Shown: positions 49,120-58,263, counted from the first letter of the stretch. The stretch: DNA of 64,000 nucleotides from Candidatus Levyibacteriota bacterium (GCA_016214555.1 JACROF010000002.1:69416-133415); one strand, 5' to 3'. Notes: generated by a model from the letters alone, not told the origin. Numbers and translations: made by a program.

Positions 49120-49596
49120 CTACTGAGCTAATTTTTCTATAGCTTTAAGTGCATAAAACTTTACTCCTGGCAATATCTCATTATTTTGCAAAAGATCTTC
49201 TTTGCTAAACCACTTTATCTCTTCACTTTTTTCTCGATCACTTGTTTCTAATATAACATCGGTGGTTGCTCTTGCAAAATAGACCATGCTGATATGTTCA
49301 TGATTATTATTACCAATAATGTAATGTCTATTGAGAAAATAGGGAGGGATTAGCTGCCTCCCATCAAGTATCTCTACTGACCTATCAAGAAGACTGTCGT
49401 CCAAAACTATGTCAAGACCGACTTCTTCTTTGGCTTCCCTAATTGCAGCCTCATTCGGGTCTTCATTGAGCTCAATATGTCCACCTGGGCTCATCCATGT
49501 CTTGTATTTGTCATGCTTTCGCAGTAATACATTATTATTAAAAACGATAAAAACATCAGCTATGAAGTCAATTTCTCTATGAATATGCGACACCAC
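49120..49596 (-). CDS. NUDIX hydrolase
   Basis: PGGHIE..EDPNEAAIREAKEEVG. Confidence 0.92.
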   Translation of the reverse strand: MVSHIHREIDFIADVFIVFNNNVLLRKHDKYKTWMSPGGHIELNEDPNEAAIREAKEEVGLDIVLDDSLLDRSVEILDGRQLIPPYFLNRHYIIGNNNHEHISMVYFARATTDVILETSDREKSEEIKWFSKEDLLQNNEILPGVKFYALKAIEKLAQ

Positions 49597-49791
49597 TGAA
49601 GTATATATAAATCATCAGGAAAAGGACAAGGGGCATCCCCTCAATAAAAAATTGTGCCATAATTGTGCGGATGAAACTTTGGATTTTGTTTAACGAGTGT
49701 CTTTAATGACATTACTTTATAACATGGCATACAAAAACCCTATTGCAGATACTGTTTTGTTGGAGTATTATGCCAGTGAAGTTCGTTTTTT

Positions 49792-50241
49792 ATGAAAGTC
49801 GCAGATATAGCCAAAAAAGATGTCGACTTTGTCAATAAGACCCAGTCTGTTCTTGAAGCAGCAAAGGTCATCTTCAAACATGGTCACACAGGCATACCCG
49901 TGGTCTCAGGAAAAAATAAAAAGCTTATCGGTTTTATCACAGATCAAGACATCCTTTCCCAATGTTTCCCTTCCCTTAAAGAATATATCGACGATGTAGT
50001 AAAGTCACGCGACTTTGACAGCATGGAAGCAAAGCTAAAAGAGATCATGAAAATGAAAGTAAAAGATGTGATGAATCATGAGCTTATCTGTATACAAGAT
50101 GACGCACCACTACTAAAAGCTGAATCTTTAATGAAAGTAAAACATATCGCAAGACTTTCAGTCGTCGACAATAAAGGAAATTTAGTCGGAATCCTTACCA
50201 AAAGAGATATATTCAGAGCCCTCGTTGGAAAACTTCTATAG
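49792..50241 (+). CDS. CBS domain protein
   Basis: Two CBS repeats (LIGFITDQDI, LVGILTKRDI). Confidence 0.92.
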   Translation: MKVADIAKKDVDFVNKTQSVLEAAKVIFKHGHTGIPVVSGKNKKLIGFITDQDILSQCFPSLKEYIDDVVKSRDFDSMEAKLKEIMKMKVKDVMNHELICIQDDAPLLKAESLMKVKHIARLSVVDNKGNLVGILTKRDIFRALVGKLL

Positions 50242-50442
50242 ACCTCATCATTTCATCAGTGCAAATATAAGAAATAATATCCTATAGAAATTAAAGGACA
50301 GGTGTGATAAAATAACAATCGCACTTTAACAAGTGATTACTACTCAACGTAAGGTTACCCCCCGCAATGTGCGGGGAAAGAAAGGACGAAGTTTGTCAAC
50401 AGTTCGTTGACTAGTGGCTCATAGCACGAAAGGAAGGAGATC

Positions 50443-51480
50443 ATGTTTAAAACGAGATTTCTCGTTTTAGTCGCAATTTTGGCGCTTTCTGCGCCAAGAC
50501 TAGCCTTCGCTGGAAACTACATCGACAACGCAGCAAGTGTCTTGAAGAACTCAGGAGCCTATGTGGTTCCTGGTACGGAAGGCACGGATAGCTCAACTGT
50601 CCTCAAACTGCAGTCAGTATTAACCGATGGCGACAAAATCGCATTGGTTATGCTTCCAGCATCTGCCGAAGATGAGCTTGGCATGGATATCAATACCATT
50701 GCAGCAACACTTTCTGATAAGCTTGGCAACAAGCGCATTATCGGACTCTCAGTTGGCAATATGGTACTTGAGTACGCGCCGACCCTGCCATCAGGTGTCG
50801 CCAGTGATCAAATGAGGCGTGCAAAAAACGTCTCAAACAACAACCCTGTCACTATCTTGATTACTTACGCACAGAACATCCGCGATTGGCAAAAAGCTCA
50901 TCCAGAGCCACAGACATCACCGCTTGACCCAACAGGGGAGGGTGGTATGTCCTGGGCCGTGTGGATCAGCACTGGGTTTATAGTTTTGCTCGCTGTGTCT
51001 TTTCTGTATATCTTCCTTGGCGGTTCAACCGAAGAGGAGGAGCAACAGAAGCTGGCCCGCAGAACGCGCTTCAACGCTCATGACCAGATCAATGATCTTC
51101 TATCAAAAATCGCGGTTCAACGCGATGATATCAAAGACATTGACCTGCAAGCCACCATTACAAAACTTTGCGCGGACGTCGAGAAGTACTTCCAAACATG
51201 TAGCAAGGACAAAATGGCAGATGCCATCACTTTCCAAGGCTACCTGCAGGGGGTAACTTCTGTTCTATCCGACTACATCAAGGTGCAAGGCTCTAAAGAC
51301 AATTACCGCAAACCTGCTGATATTTTGCAGCGCGGAAAATCGTCTATTATCAGCTTTGCAGACTACGTTCGAGATGCGGTCATTCGTGGCCATGAAGCGG
51401 ATCTTCTTGACTTCAACATCAATACAAAGATTCTCGAAGCTCAAGGATACCGCTCAGGGCAAGAAAGGAGAAGTATGTAG
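50443..51480 (+). CDS. Membrane protein with extracellular domain, one TM and an XpaC-like cytoplasmic domain
   Basis: Signal peptide, central TM, helical C-terminus YLQGVTSVLSDYIKVQ..DFNINTKIL. Confidence 0.55.
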   Translation: MFKTRFLVLVAILALSAPRLAFAGNYIDNAASVLKNSGAYVVPGTEGTDSSTVLKLQSVLTDGDKIALVMLPASAEDELGMDINTIAATLSDKLGNKRIIGLSVGNMVLEYAPTLPSGVASDQMRRAKNVSNNNPVTILITYAQNIRDWQKAHPEPQTSPLDPTGEGGMSWAVWISTGFIVLLAVSFLYIFLGGSTEEEEQQKLARRTRFNAHDQINDLLSKIAVQRDDIKDIDLQATITKLCADVEKYFQTCSKDKMADAITFQGYLQGVTSVLSDYIKVQGSKDNYRKPADILQRGKSSIISFADYVRDAVIRGHEADLLDFNINTKILEAQGYRSGQERRSM

Positions 51481-51554
51481 GAGATACATACAAGAAACAG
51501 ATCGTCGTAGTGCCAGGCTGCATTTGTAGCCTGGCATCATGTATGGAGGGAACC

Positions 51555-52577
51555 ATGCAAAATAAGTCAAAAACCAAAAAGATTTCTCTGGTTGCATCTG
51601 CTCTGGTCGTTGCATTTGTGGGGTTACTCCTCGCTGCGTGCAATGAGACCGGAGCGACGTCATCCGCCTCGTGTGGCTACGTCATCGGCACCGGAAAAGA
51701 CGGTCATGATGCCAACGTCCATGAGGTCGTCTATCAAGGTCAAAAACTGACGGCTGGAAGCTACGAGACGGTTCGGTACATTCCGTGCAACTCACGAAAC
51801 TACATCATCAACGACGGGAGCGTCTACAACCCCAATATCATTGATGACGCCGGAAATCAGCAACATGTTGGCGACCGATTCAATTTGATCGTCGCTTACA
51901 CGAAGACCGGTACACCGATCACGATCGCTGCATCAGCCTATTGGACTCTCAATCAGTCCAAGCCGTCAATGCTCGTATTTGCCCCAATTTGTCACAAGTA
52001 CAACTGCTGGACCTCCTCAGACCAAGCAGGCACAGCCAACTTCTCAACAGAGGGTTGGAATGGCATGCTGGCTGAAAACTTCGGACCCGCCATGGACAGA
52101 GCAGCGCTTATCGCTGCAGCATCCGTGGACGACTCGATTTGGAAAAGCCACTCAGTCGAACAGACTAAATTGCTGGCCGACGGCATGTCGGCGGCCTTTA
52201 ACGACGTCGTCCAGGGCATGTTCGGCTACTCAGAACAGATTTTCTGCGGTTCTGGCAACTCTAAGTGGCCAAATCCTGACGAACCTGGTAAAGGTGAGTT
52301 CATCTGCACTCCGGTTCGCATTGCCATTGACGATGTGCAACTTGCACCGGTAACCCAGGCGAGTCAAACCGGCGAGGGTCTCTTGGCAATCAACCAGCAG
52401 CGCCTCACAAACGCGCAGGCGCTCTACGGGGATGATGCCGGATTCTTCCTGGGCATGCAGGACACGGTCGCAGCGTGCAAGGATGCCGGTGTAACCTGCG
52501 TCTTCAACATTGGAGGCGCAAACTCTCCGACGATTTCGGTTCCGAGCAACGCGTCGGAACCCGACACTGGTCAATAG
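51555..52577 (+). CDS. Lipoprotein with probable SPFH/band-7-like domain
   Basis: Lipobox LAAC; YWTLN..KY..GWNGMLAENFG pattern; GGAGG SD. Confidence 0.6.
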   Translation: MQNKSKTKKISLVASALVVAFVGLLLAACNETGATSSASCGYVIGTGKDGHDANVHEVVYQGQKLTAGSYETVRYIPCNSRNYIINDGSVYNPNIIDDAGNQQHVGDRFNLIVAYTKTGTPITIAASAYWTLNQSKPSMLVFAPICHKYNCWTSSDQAGTANFSTEGWNGMLAENFGPAMDRAALIAAASVDDSIWKSHSVEQTKLLADGMSAAFNDVVQGMFGYSEQIFCGSGNSKWPNPDEPGKGEFICTPVRIAIDDVQLAPVTQASQTGEGLLAINQQRLTNAQALYGDDAGFFLGMQDTVAACKDAGVTCVFNIGGANSPTISVPSNASEPDTGQ

Positions 52578-52689
52578 TTCGAGATTATCGTGTGAGTAGT
52601 AATTTCTCAATCATGTAACGATTGAGATCACACTGGATTCGAGATCCATTTATCTCGAAAAACGGGAGTTCCGATTCATCGGAACTCCC

Positions 52690-52740
52690 AGACTCCATAG
52701 ATGCAAAGCTATGCTGATGAGCCGTAAACGGCGAAAGTCT
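52690..52740 (+). ncRNA. Type III hammerhead ribozyme
   Basis: AGACT-C / CATAG..CTATG / CTGATGA / GCCG-TAAA-CGGC / GAA / AGTCT: complete core with three stems. Confidence 0.92.
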
Positions 52741-52741
52741 C

Positions 52742-52767
52742 AAACCCGCAACAAAGCGGGTTTTTTG
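52742..52767 (+). terminator. Intrinsic terminator
   Basis: AAACCCGC-AACAAA-GCGGGTTT with a T run. Confidence 0.8.
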
Positions 52768-52885
52768 ATGAAAATTACTAGTTGCAAATTATAATTACGT
52801 CCTATAGCTTGACTTAGGCTATTATTTTTACTATAATTCGTAGGCTCATTTACAGTTCGGTAGCAATTCTCTGAAGGGAGAAAAA

Positions 52886-53431
52886 ATGTTAGAGCCCAAC
52901 GAATTTATTCGACAATTGGACCATCTTTTTGATGATGATCCGGTCAATATCCACTTGATCGATGGTGTCCTCATGACCCTCACTAGGGGAGCCATGCAGG
53001 CAACTCTCGAACAACGAATCGAAGGACTGATCCCGTATATGGCGGGTGTCAACTTCATCCTCAATGAGATTGGCTGGAGATGTGAGGAAAATCCAACAAA
53101 TGGAACTCTTCACTACATCAAGGGTCGTCTGACACAACTCATCGACATGATCGATGCAGCAGACGACACGAGTCTCTCAGAGCGGGTGATTGACACTGTC
53201 ATCGCAACTCCTTTGTACTTGAAAGTTCTTCAAGGACTTGAAGCCCGCAGCGGACGAACGATCTGGATCGGCGGACTCGCTGAAAACAAAGCTGAGCTGG
53301 ACTCGATCATGAACTGGATGGAACCACATCAGCTTATCGAGGTTACCAACTTCATTGCCAGCTTTGGCCCCAAGGGTCAACGCACGCTTGAGGCTGTCCT
53401 GGAGAAAATGGGGGATCAACAATCGAACTAA
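52886..53431 (+). CDS. Hypothetical protein
   Basis: Own promoter (TTGACT..TATAAT), SD and downstream terminator. Confidence 0.7.
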   Translation: MLEPNEFIRQLDHLFDDDPVNIHLIDGVLMTLTRGAMQATLEQRIEGLIPYMAGVNFILNEIGWRCEENPTNGTLHYIKGRLTQLIDMIDAADDTSLSERVIDTVIATPLYLKVLQGLEARSGRTIWIGGLAENKAELDSIMNWMEPHQLIEVTNFIASFGPKGQRTLEAVLEKMGDQQSN

Positions 53432-53594
53432 TATGACAAGCACCAACTGGTGCACAATAACAACTGCACCTTGGGATCGCACTGCGATTCCAAGGTGTTT
53501 TTTTATGGGTAAGTGAGAACATTCTACAAACAACTCATTCTAAAGAGTGGGTTGGAAGTGTTATTTTTTTTACACATCATGATAAAATAAATCA

Positions 53595-53960
53595 ATGAAG
53601 CAAGACGAAAAGACAAAACAAAGGATCTATACCTTGAGTATTGCCGATGTCTATCCTCACTATATCGCTAAAGTAGAAAGAAAAGGCCATACCAAAAAAG
53701 AAGTTGATGAAGTCACGTGTTGGCTGACAGGATATAGTCAAAAACAGTTAGAAGAACAATTAAAAAAAGGGACTGACTTTGAGACTTTTTTTGTTAAAGC
53801 TCCTCATCTCAATCCTTCAAGAAAGCTCATTAAAGGCGTTATCTGCGGAATTCGTGTTGAGGATATCAAAGATCCTATCATCCAAGCAGTTCGTTATCTT
53901 GATAAGTTAGTTGATGAAGTAGCTCATGGAAGACCCATGGAGAAAATCCTACGAAAATGA
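53595..53960 (+). CDS. DUF2200 family protein
   Basis: VYPHYIAKVERKG..WLTGY..GVICGIRVE..RYLDKLVDE. Confidence 0.9.
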   Translation: MKQDEKTKQRIYTLSIADVYPHYIAKVERKGHTKKEVDEVTCWLTGYSQKQLEEQLKKGTDFETFFVKAPHLNPSRKLIKGVICGIRVEDIKDPIIQAVRYLDKLVDEVAHGRPMEKILRK

Positions 53961-54034
53961 TCCTGTTTTGACTTTTCTTGCACGTTTGTACGAAGCAAAA
54001 AGAGTGAGGGGTACCATCGCTGGTACCCCTTTTT

Positions 54035-54385
54035 TTATTCGTGGTATCCATCGGATATTTCAACCAGCTCCAAAGGAGCAAAGTCGTTCATCCGACGAAA
54101 AAGATCGTTCAGATATGCAGACAAGCCAGGATCATTTCCGGAAGTATCGATGAATAGCCAACAAGAGACTTTTCGTCCTTTTTTGAAGCGAAAGTCATCA
54201 ATGTAGGCTGGTTGATACTCCTCTGGAATACCAGCATGCCACTTATTAATCAACTGATTGATTGGCCGGGTATTTCCGGGTTGTAAGGCTTCCAGAAAAG
54301 TGAAACGGAGTAGTAAGTCGTCGCCGCCGACCTCCATGTCGTCGGGCTGCGTTACTTGAAAAGGAAAGTTATCCAGTTCAAACAC
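54035..54385 (-). CDS. Hypothetical protein
   Basis: AGGAGGT SD before GTG at 54385. Confidence 0.6.
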   Translation of the reverse strand: MFELDNFPFQVTQPDDMEVGGDDLLLRFTFLEALQPGNTRPINQLINKWHAGIPEEYQPAYIDDFRFKKGRKVSCWLFIDTSGNDPGLSAYLNDLFRRMNDFAPLELVEISDGYHE

Positions 54386-54611
54386 GATCCACCTCCTAAA
54401 CGTTGGATGCCACAAGTTGCATTGCAGCTGATTTTCGATTATGAAATTATAACAGAATAAGCATCCAAAATCAACTATAGGCTTATTTCTATATATTGCA
54501 GGACATGCCCTCAAACGAGGATTTCGCTCTGCGGAGCTCAAGATTCAAAACAAGTCAATATCTAACACAAACTCATAAAAAAATCCCGACTTGCGGGATT
54601 TTTTTTATGAG

Positions 54612-54682
54612 CTGCGGGACATGGATTCGAACCATGATAGCAGGATCCAAAGTCCTGAGTCCTACCATTAGACGATCCCGCA
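54612..54682 (-). tRNA. tRNA-Gln(TTG)
   Basis: CAGGA-CTTTGGA-TCCTG arm; terminator downstream. Confidence 0.95.
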
Positions 54683-54820
54683 GTGTAAAGAAAAATGTGC
54701 TCACAGAACACGTGCTTATTTTATCATACGCACAAGCTTAAATCACTACTTACTCGAAATTTAGAAATTGCAATCTTAGATCGTGTTATATTCGAAGACG
54801 ATATCTACATGGTGGATAAT

Positions 54821-55369
54821 TTACTGAGAACGAGAATAGATGCCAACGAGTTCGGCTTTTACAACCACATGATTTTGGATTGCGTTCTCAATCTCATTAA
54901 AAGTAGGCTTTTCGGGAAGGTCAAGCATGATATCAAGCGCATAGAGCTTAAAAAAGTAACGGTGGCTACCACTGGGAGGACATGGGCCTCCGTAGCCAAC
55001 AGTGCCAAAGTCTGTAATGCCCTCCGCACCGCTCTCAGGCTTACTACCCTCAGGAATGCCATTCGTAGTCGGAGGCATGTTGTAGACGCTCCAGTGCCTC
55101 CACGTACCATGCGGAGCATCGGGATCATCAACGAGTAATAGGAGGCTTTTGGCAGTTTTGGGGATATCGTGGAAAGAAAGAGGAGGATTGATATTGGCTC
55201 CATCACAGGTATATTTAGAAGACATTAGTGTGTTGCTCTCAAATGCTGTGCTTGTAATAGTCATACCAGGTGATTTTTCGTTCTTAGTTATTGTACCATG
55301 AGGGGACAAGAAGACCCAAAAAAGAGAGATGATAAGGCTAACCAGCAGAACATAGACAATCCACTTCAT
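54821..55369 (-). CDS. YbhB/YbcL (PEBP/Raf kinase inhibitor-like) protein
   Basis: DDPDAP, HW and YGGPCPP..HRYFF motifs. Confidence 0.93.
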   Translation of the reverse strand: MKWIVYVLLVSLIISLFWVFLSPHGTITKNEKSPGMTITSTAFESNTLMSSKYTCDGANINPPLSFHDIPKTAKSLLLLVDDPDAPHGTWRHWSVYNMPPTTNGIPEGSKPESGAEGITDFGTVGYGGPCPPSGSHRYFFKLYALDIMLDLPEKPTFNEIENAIQNHVVVKAELVGIYSRSQ

Positions 55370-55397
55370 AACTGATTCAAAATCATAAGAAAATGGG

Positions 55398-55469
55398 AGC
55401 GGGGAACGGGAATCAAACCCGCGACCTCTTCCTTGGCAAGGAAGCGTTCTATCGCTGAACTACCCCCGC
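55398..55469 (-). tRNA. tRNA-Gly(GCC) with A19/U56 elbow
   Basis: CTTCC-TTGCCAA-GGAAG arm; D loop AGCGATA; T loop TTTGATT. Confidence 0.88.
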
Positions 55470-55519
55470 TTCCATTTTCTTAATTAAAAAACTTGCGATC
55501 TGTCCGACGTACACCGGAC

Positions 55520-55544
55520 CGTTCTCCTGCTGAACTACCCCCGC
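55520..55544 (-). repeat. Duplicated 5' fragment of tRNA-Gly(GCC)
   Basis: cgttct.cct.gctgaactacccccgc versus cgttct.atc.gctgaactacccccgc in the tRNA. Confidence 0.8.
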
Positions 55545-55636
55545 AGCTTCATACAGAAGTAAGAGTGATTATAGCAAATTGCTGTAAACTTACAAAGATA
55601 AAGAAAAAGCGCCAGGCAATGCCTGGCGCAAAATAA

Positions 55637-55927
55637 TTAGAAATCACATATGTCATCTTCGCTGGATTTGACATATGACTGATTTATAAAACTATCGATT
55701 ACAGCTCTCTTTCGTATCATCGACTCTGTACAGTAGGAACACAAAGCGATTCCCTGAGATTCATCACCATACATATGCACAAATACCTCCTCGAGACTGT
55801 CTGCCGATCCTGCGACCCTACACGTGACGTATGTACTAACAAATTGAGGAAAAAGACCTTTTAACTCTGGGTGTTGACTCAAAAATGCTTCTTCTTCTGC
55901 AATAGAAAGTCTAGGAAATTTACCCAT
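55637..55927 (-). CDS. Hypothetical protein
   Basis: AAGGAG SD; hairpin terminator downstream. Confidence 0.6.
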   Translation of the reverse strand: MGKFPRLSIAEEEAFLSQHPELKGLFPQFVSTYVTCRVAGSADSLEEVFVHMYGDESQGIALCSYCTESMIRKRAVIDSFINQSYVKSSEDDICDF

Positions 55928-56068
55928 GTCTTTCTCCTTTTCCTGCGCAGTAAAGCAATCTTTTTTCTTTACGGACAATAACACATAAACGAAGAAGAAG
56001 TCAAAAGTGGAGTAAGTAGGGGATAAAAAAGAAAAAGGGCCGAGGGAAATTCCCTCGGCCCACTTGGC

Positions 56069-56749
56069 CTAGAGCTGCGGAAGCAGCTGATAGAGCTCCG
56101 ACGGCACATAGCCGTTGAGCATGTCGATGTCGCCGAGGATATCCTCGAGCAACTCCTCCAGATCGTCCACCACGATGGTGAGCGAGAGATTGTCTGTGTG
56201 CATCCCGTGAACGGGACACGACATGCTGGACACGATCACCACGTGAATCTCGTGGATCCGGCCGCACCCGGGGCATCGGTGTGCGGACGCGACGATTGAG
56301 GTGATGGTAACACCATTCGTGTCACCCTGCATGAGGGTGAGCGACAACTTGATCGCCGGAGAGAGCTGATCGTCCAGCAGCGAGCTGAGATCACCGAGAC
56401 TTTCTCCGAGGAAGTCGCCCATGATGGACGACGAATCGAAGTCTTGGCCCCAGTCGGAACCATCGAGTGAAAACGGGGCCATCCCCATCATCACGATGTC
56501 CGACAGGTTGTCGTAGAACGGGATGGAACCATTTCGGGAAGATCCCAAAGGCCCACCCAGCCCTCGAGTGAAATCCTCCTGATGATCGACGGGCTTGATC
56601 CACCTTGGCGCCTTGCCAAGACGATCGGCCATGTCTAGATCAGCCAGACTCACGGGCAAACGCCGCCGAGTGCCGAACGCACCGGAATCCGAACGAATTC
56701 CGCCGAGTTTCGAATCGTATCGACCATTGGAACTGAACGGAGTATCCAT
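56069..56749 (-). CDS. Hypothetical protein with zinc-ribbon-like motif (GC-rich gene)
   Basis: AAGGAG SD; CPGCG..H..CPVHG; terminator downstream. Confidence 0.65.
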   Translation of the reverse strand: MDTPFSSNGRYDSKLGGIRSDSGAFGTRRRLPVSLADLDMADRLGKAPRWIKPVDHQEDFTRGLGGPLGSSRNGSIPFYDNLSDIVMMGMAPFSLDGSDWGQDFDSSSIMGDFLGESLGDLSSLLDDQLSPAIKLSLTLMQGDTNGVTITSIVASAHRCPGCGRIHEIHVVIVSSMSCPVHGMHTDNLSLTIVVDDLEELLEDILGDIDMLNGYVPSELYQLLPQL

Positions 56750-56895
56750 TTCATGCTCCTTTTGTAATTTGTCAATCTCCACTGCTGATGAGAGCAAAAT
56801 CGCTCCTATCATGCGAAGTGAGTAATTATAACAAGTATCGAATGAAAAGTCAATATTATAGGACAATATTATTGAGAAGAGATTAATTGCATATA

Positions 56896-57076
56896 TGCTG
56901 AGGGTCAGATGATTCTATCCGAAGGATAGGTTCGCCCTCGCAGAGGAGTCGAATTGAGACGAAGATCTCAAACTTGCCCTGAGCGAGCAAAGCGAGTCGA
57001 ATGGGTGCTGAGGATCAGATCTAGGAGTGAAATGACGAAGACTCTGAGGCAACGAAGAGTTCGAACTCGCGAAGCG
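56896..57076 (-). repeat. Two duplicated tRNA-Phe 3' fragments with hairpin inserts, plus REP-like palindromes
   Basis: tgctgagggtcaga at 56896 and tgctgaggatcaga at 57006 copy 57124-57137; many c-GAA-g mini-hairpins. Confidence 0.75.
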
Positions 57077-57123
57077 TCAAGCCTAAAAAGAAAAACGACG
57101 CTGAAAACAAAAATGCCGTTATG

Positions 57124-57196
57124 TGCTGAGGGTCAGAGTCGAACTGACATGGCCTGTTCTTCAGACAGGTGCCTTGACCACCTTGGCTACCTCAGC
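57124..57196 (-). tRNA. tRNA-Phe(GAA)
   Basis: CCTGT-CTGAAGA-ACAGG arm. Confidence 0.93.
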
Positions 57197-57287
57197 CTGT
57201 ACTAACGGTGCAACTATGAAGATACTGCCTAAGAAACTCAACGAACACCCGAAACAAGTACTATCGTCAAAAAACCGTTAGTACAGG
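57197..57287. mobile_element. MITE-like element
   Basis: Inverted repeat ctgtactaacggt/accgttagtacag, flanked by direct repeat cctcagc. Confidence 0.55.
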
Positions 57288-57312
57288 CCTCAGCTTATGC
57301 GTTTCATAAAAT

Positions 57313-57573
57313 TTAGGCTCGGTTAGTATACCAGTTTTTAAGTCTCTTTCTCAAGTAAGTTTTTCCTAGCCTACTTTTTAAATATTTTTCTCTCTTGTAT
57401 GCATCCTCCCTTTCTACACATGCTTCGTAATAAATAAGATCGAAGGGCAGATAAGGTTTTGTTGAGGTTACTTTACCAGCATTATGCTCGATAAATCTGA
57501 TTTTTAAGTCCTGGGTACATCCTGTATAAAAATAGCTTCGCACTCTACTTGAAAGAATATAGACATAGTGCAT
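57313..57573 (-). CDS. Small GIY-YIG nuclease (SLX1-like)
   Basis: YVYILSS..YTGCT.DLKIRF.EHN..STK..REKYLKSRLG. Confidence 0.92.
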   Translation of the reverse strand: MHYVYILSSRVRSYFYTGCTQDLKIRFIEHNAGKVTSTKPYLPFDLIYYEACVEREDAYKREKYLKSRLGKTYLRKRLKNWYTNRA

Positions 57574-57620
57574 AGCTTATGTTTAGTAAAGCATACTATC
57601 AAAGTCAGATCAAACTAGGC

Positions 57621-57767
57621 AAAGAAAAACCCCCTGGCGAACCAGGGGGCAAATTCAGTTGTTCTGTAACCTTTCGGGTCACATCGCAGAAAGCCTTCCG
57701 CGAACCCCATACGGGGTGAGATTGTCCTTAGAAACATTTGGAGCCGCATGGCTCCGAAACTGAGAAC
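57621..57767 (-). ncRNA. Candidate structured small RNA (unassigned)
   Basis: TTGACT-17bp-TATACT promoter (57802-57774), four or more hairpins, intrinsic terminator, no credible ORF. Confidence 0.65.
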
Positions 57768-57816
57768 ATGAGAAGTATATCATACTATCTCATGAAAGTC
57801 AAGACTATAGGGCAAT

Positions 57817-58182
57817 TTAACCCAATTGTGTTGTCATGTTGTACCAGAGGCTAAGCTCGTCCCCGTACTTCCAGCAGTCAATAAGCACGCCGACTGCCTT
57901 GTCAAAATGCACACCAGCCACGCCATCGATATCAGCTTCAATCATCAGCTGATATGCAACATCTTTTAGATGATAGCCTTTTTGTATTTCAGCCTGGATA
58001 AGCCGTGCCCACCTCTCAACAAAATCCCTAAAGACTCGACCTTCATCCTGAATACTCGTATTCCAGGCATCTTGGTCAGAAATTGCAAAGGCAGGTGCAT
58101 GCTCAAGTCTAATTTCCATAGCCCGAGCTTTAAGCTCATGATCGACAACCCAACGTCTTGTTGCAGTATCATCTGACAACAT
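57817..58182 (-). CDS. Hypothetical protein
   Basis: AAGGAG SD; WARLIQAEI..AVGVL..CWKYGDEL. Confidence 0.7.
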   Translation of the reverse strand: MLSDDTATRRWVVDHELKARAMEIRLEHAPAFAISDQDAWNTSIQDEGRVFRDFVERWARLIQAEIQKGYHLKDVAYQLMIEADIDGVAGVHFDKAVGVLIDCWKYGDELSLWYNMTTQLG

Positions 58183-58263
58183 TTCAGACACTCCTTTCAA
58201 TGTGCTAGGGAACGTAGGGCAATTGTATGAAAGGGGATAGAGGGAGTCAAGTGGAGGAGATTG

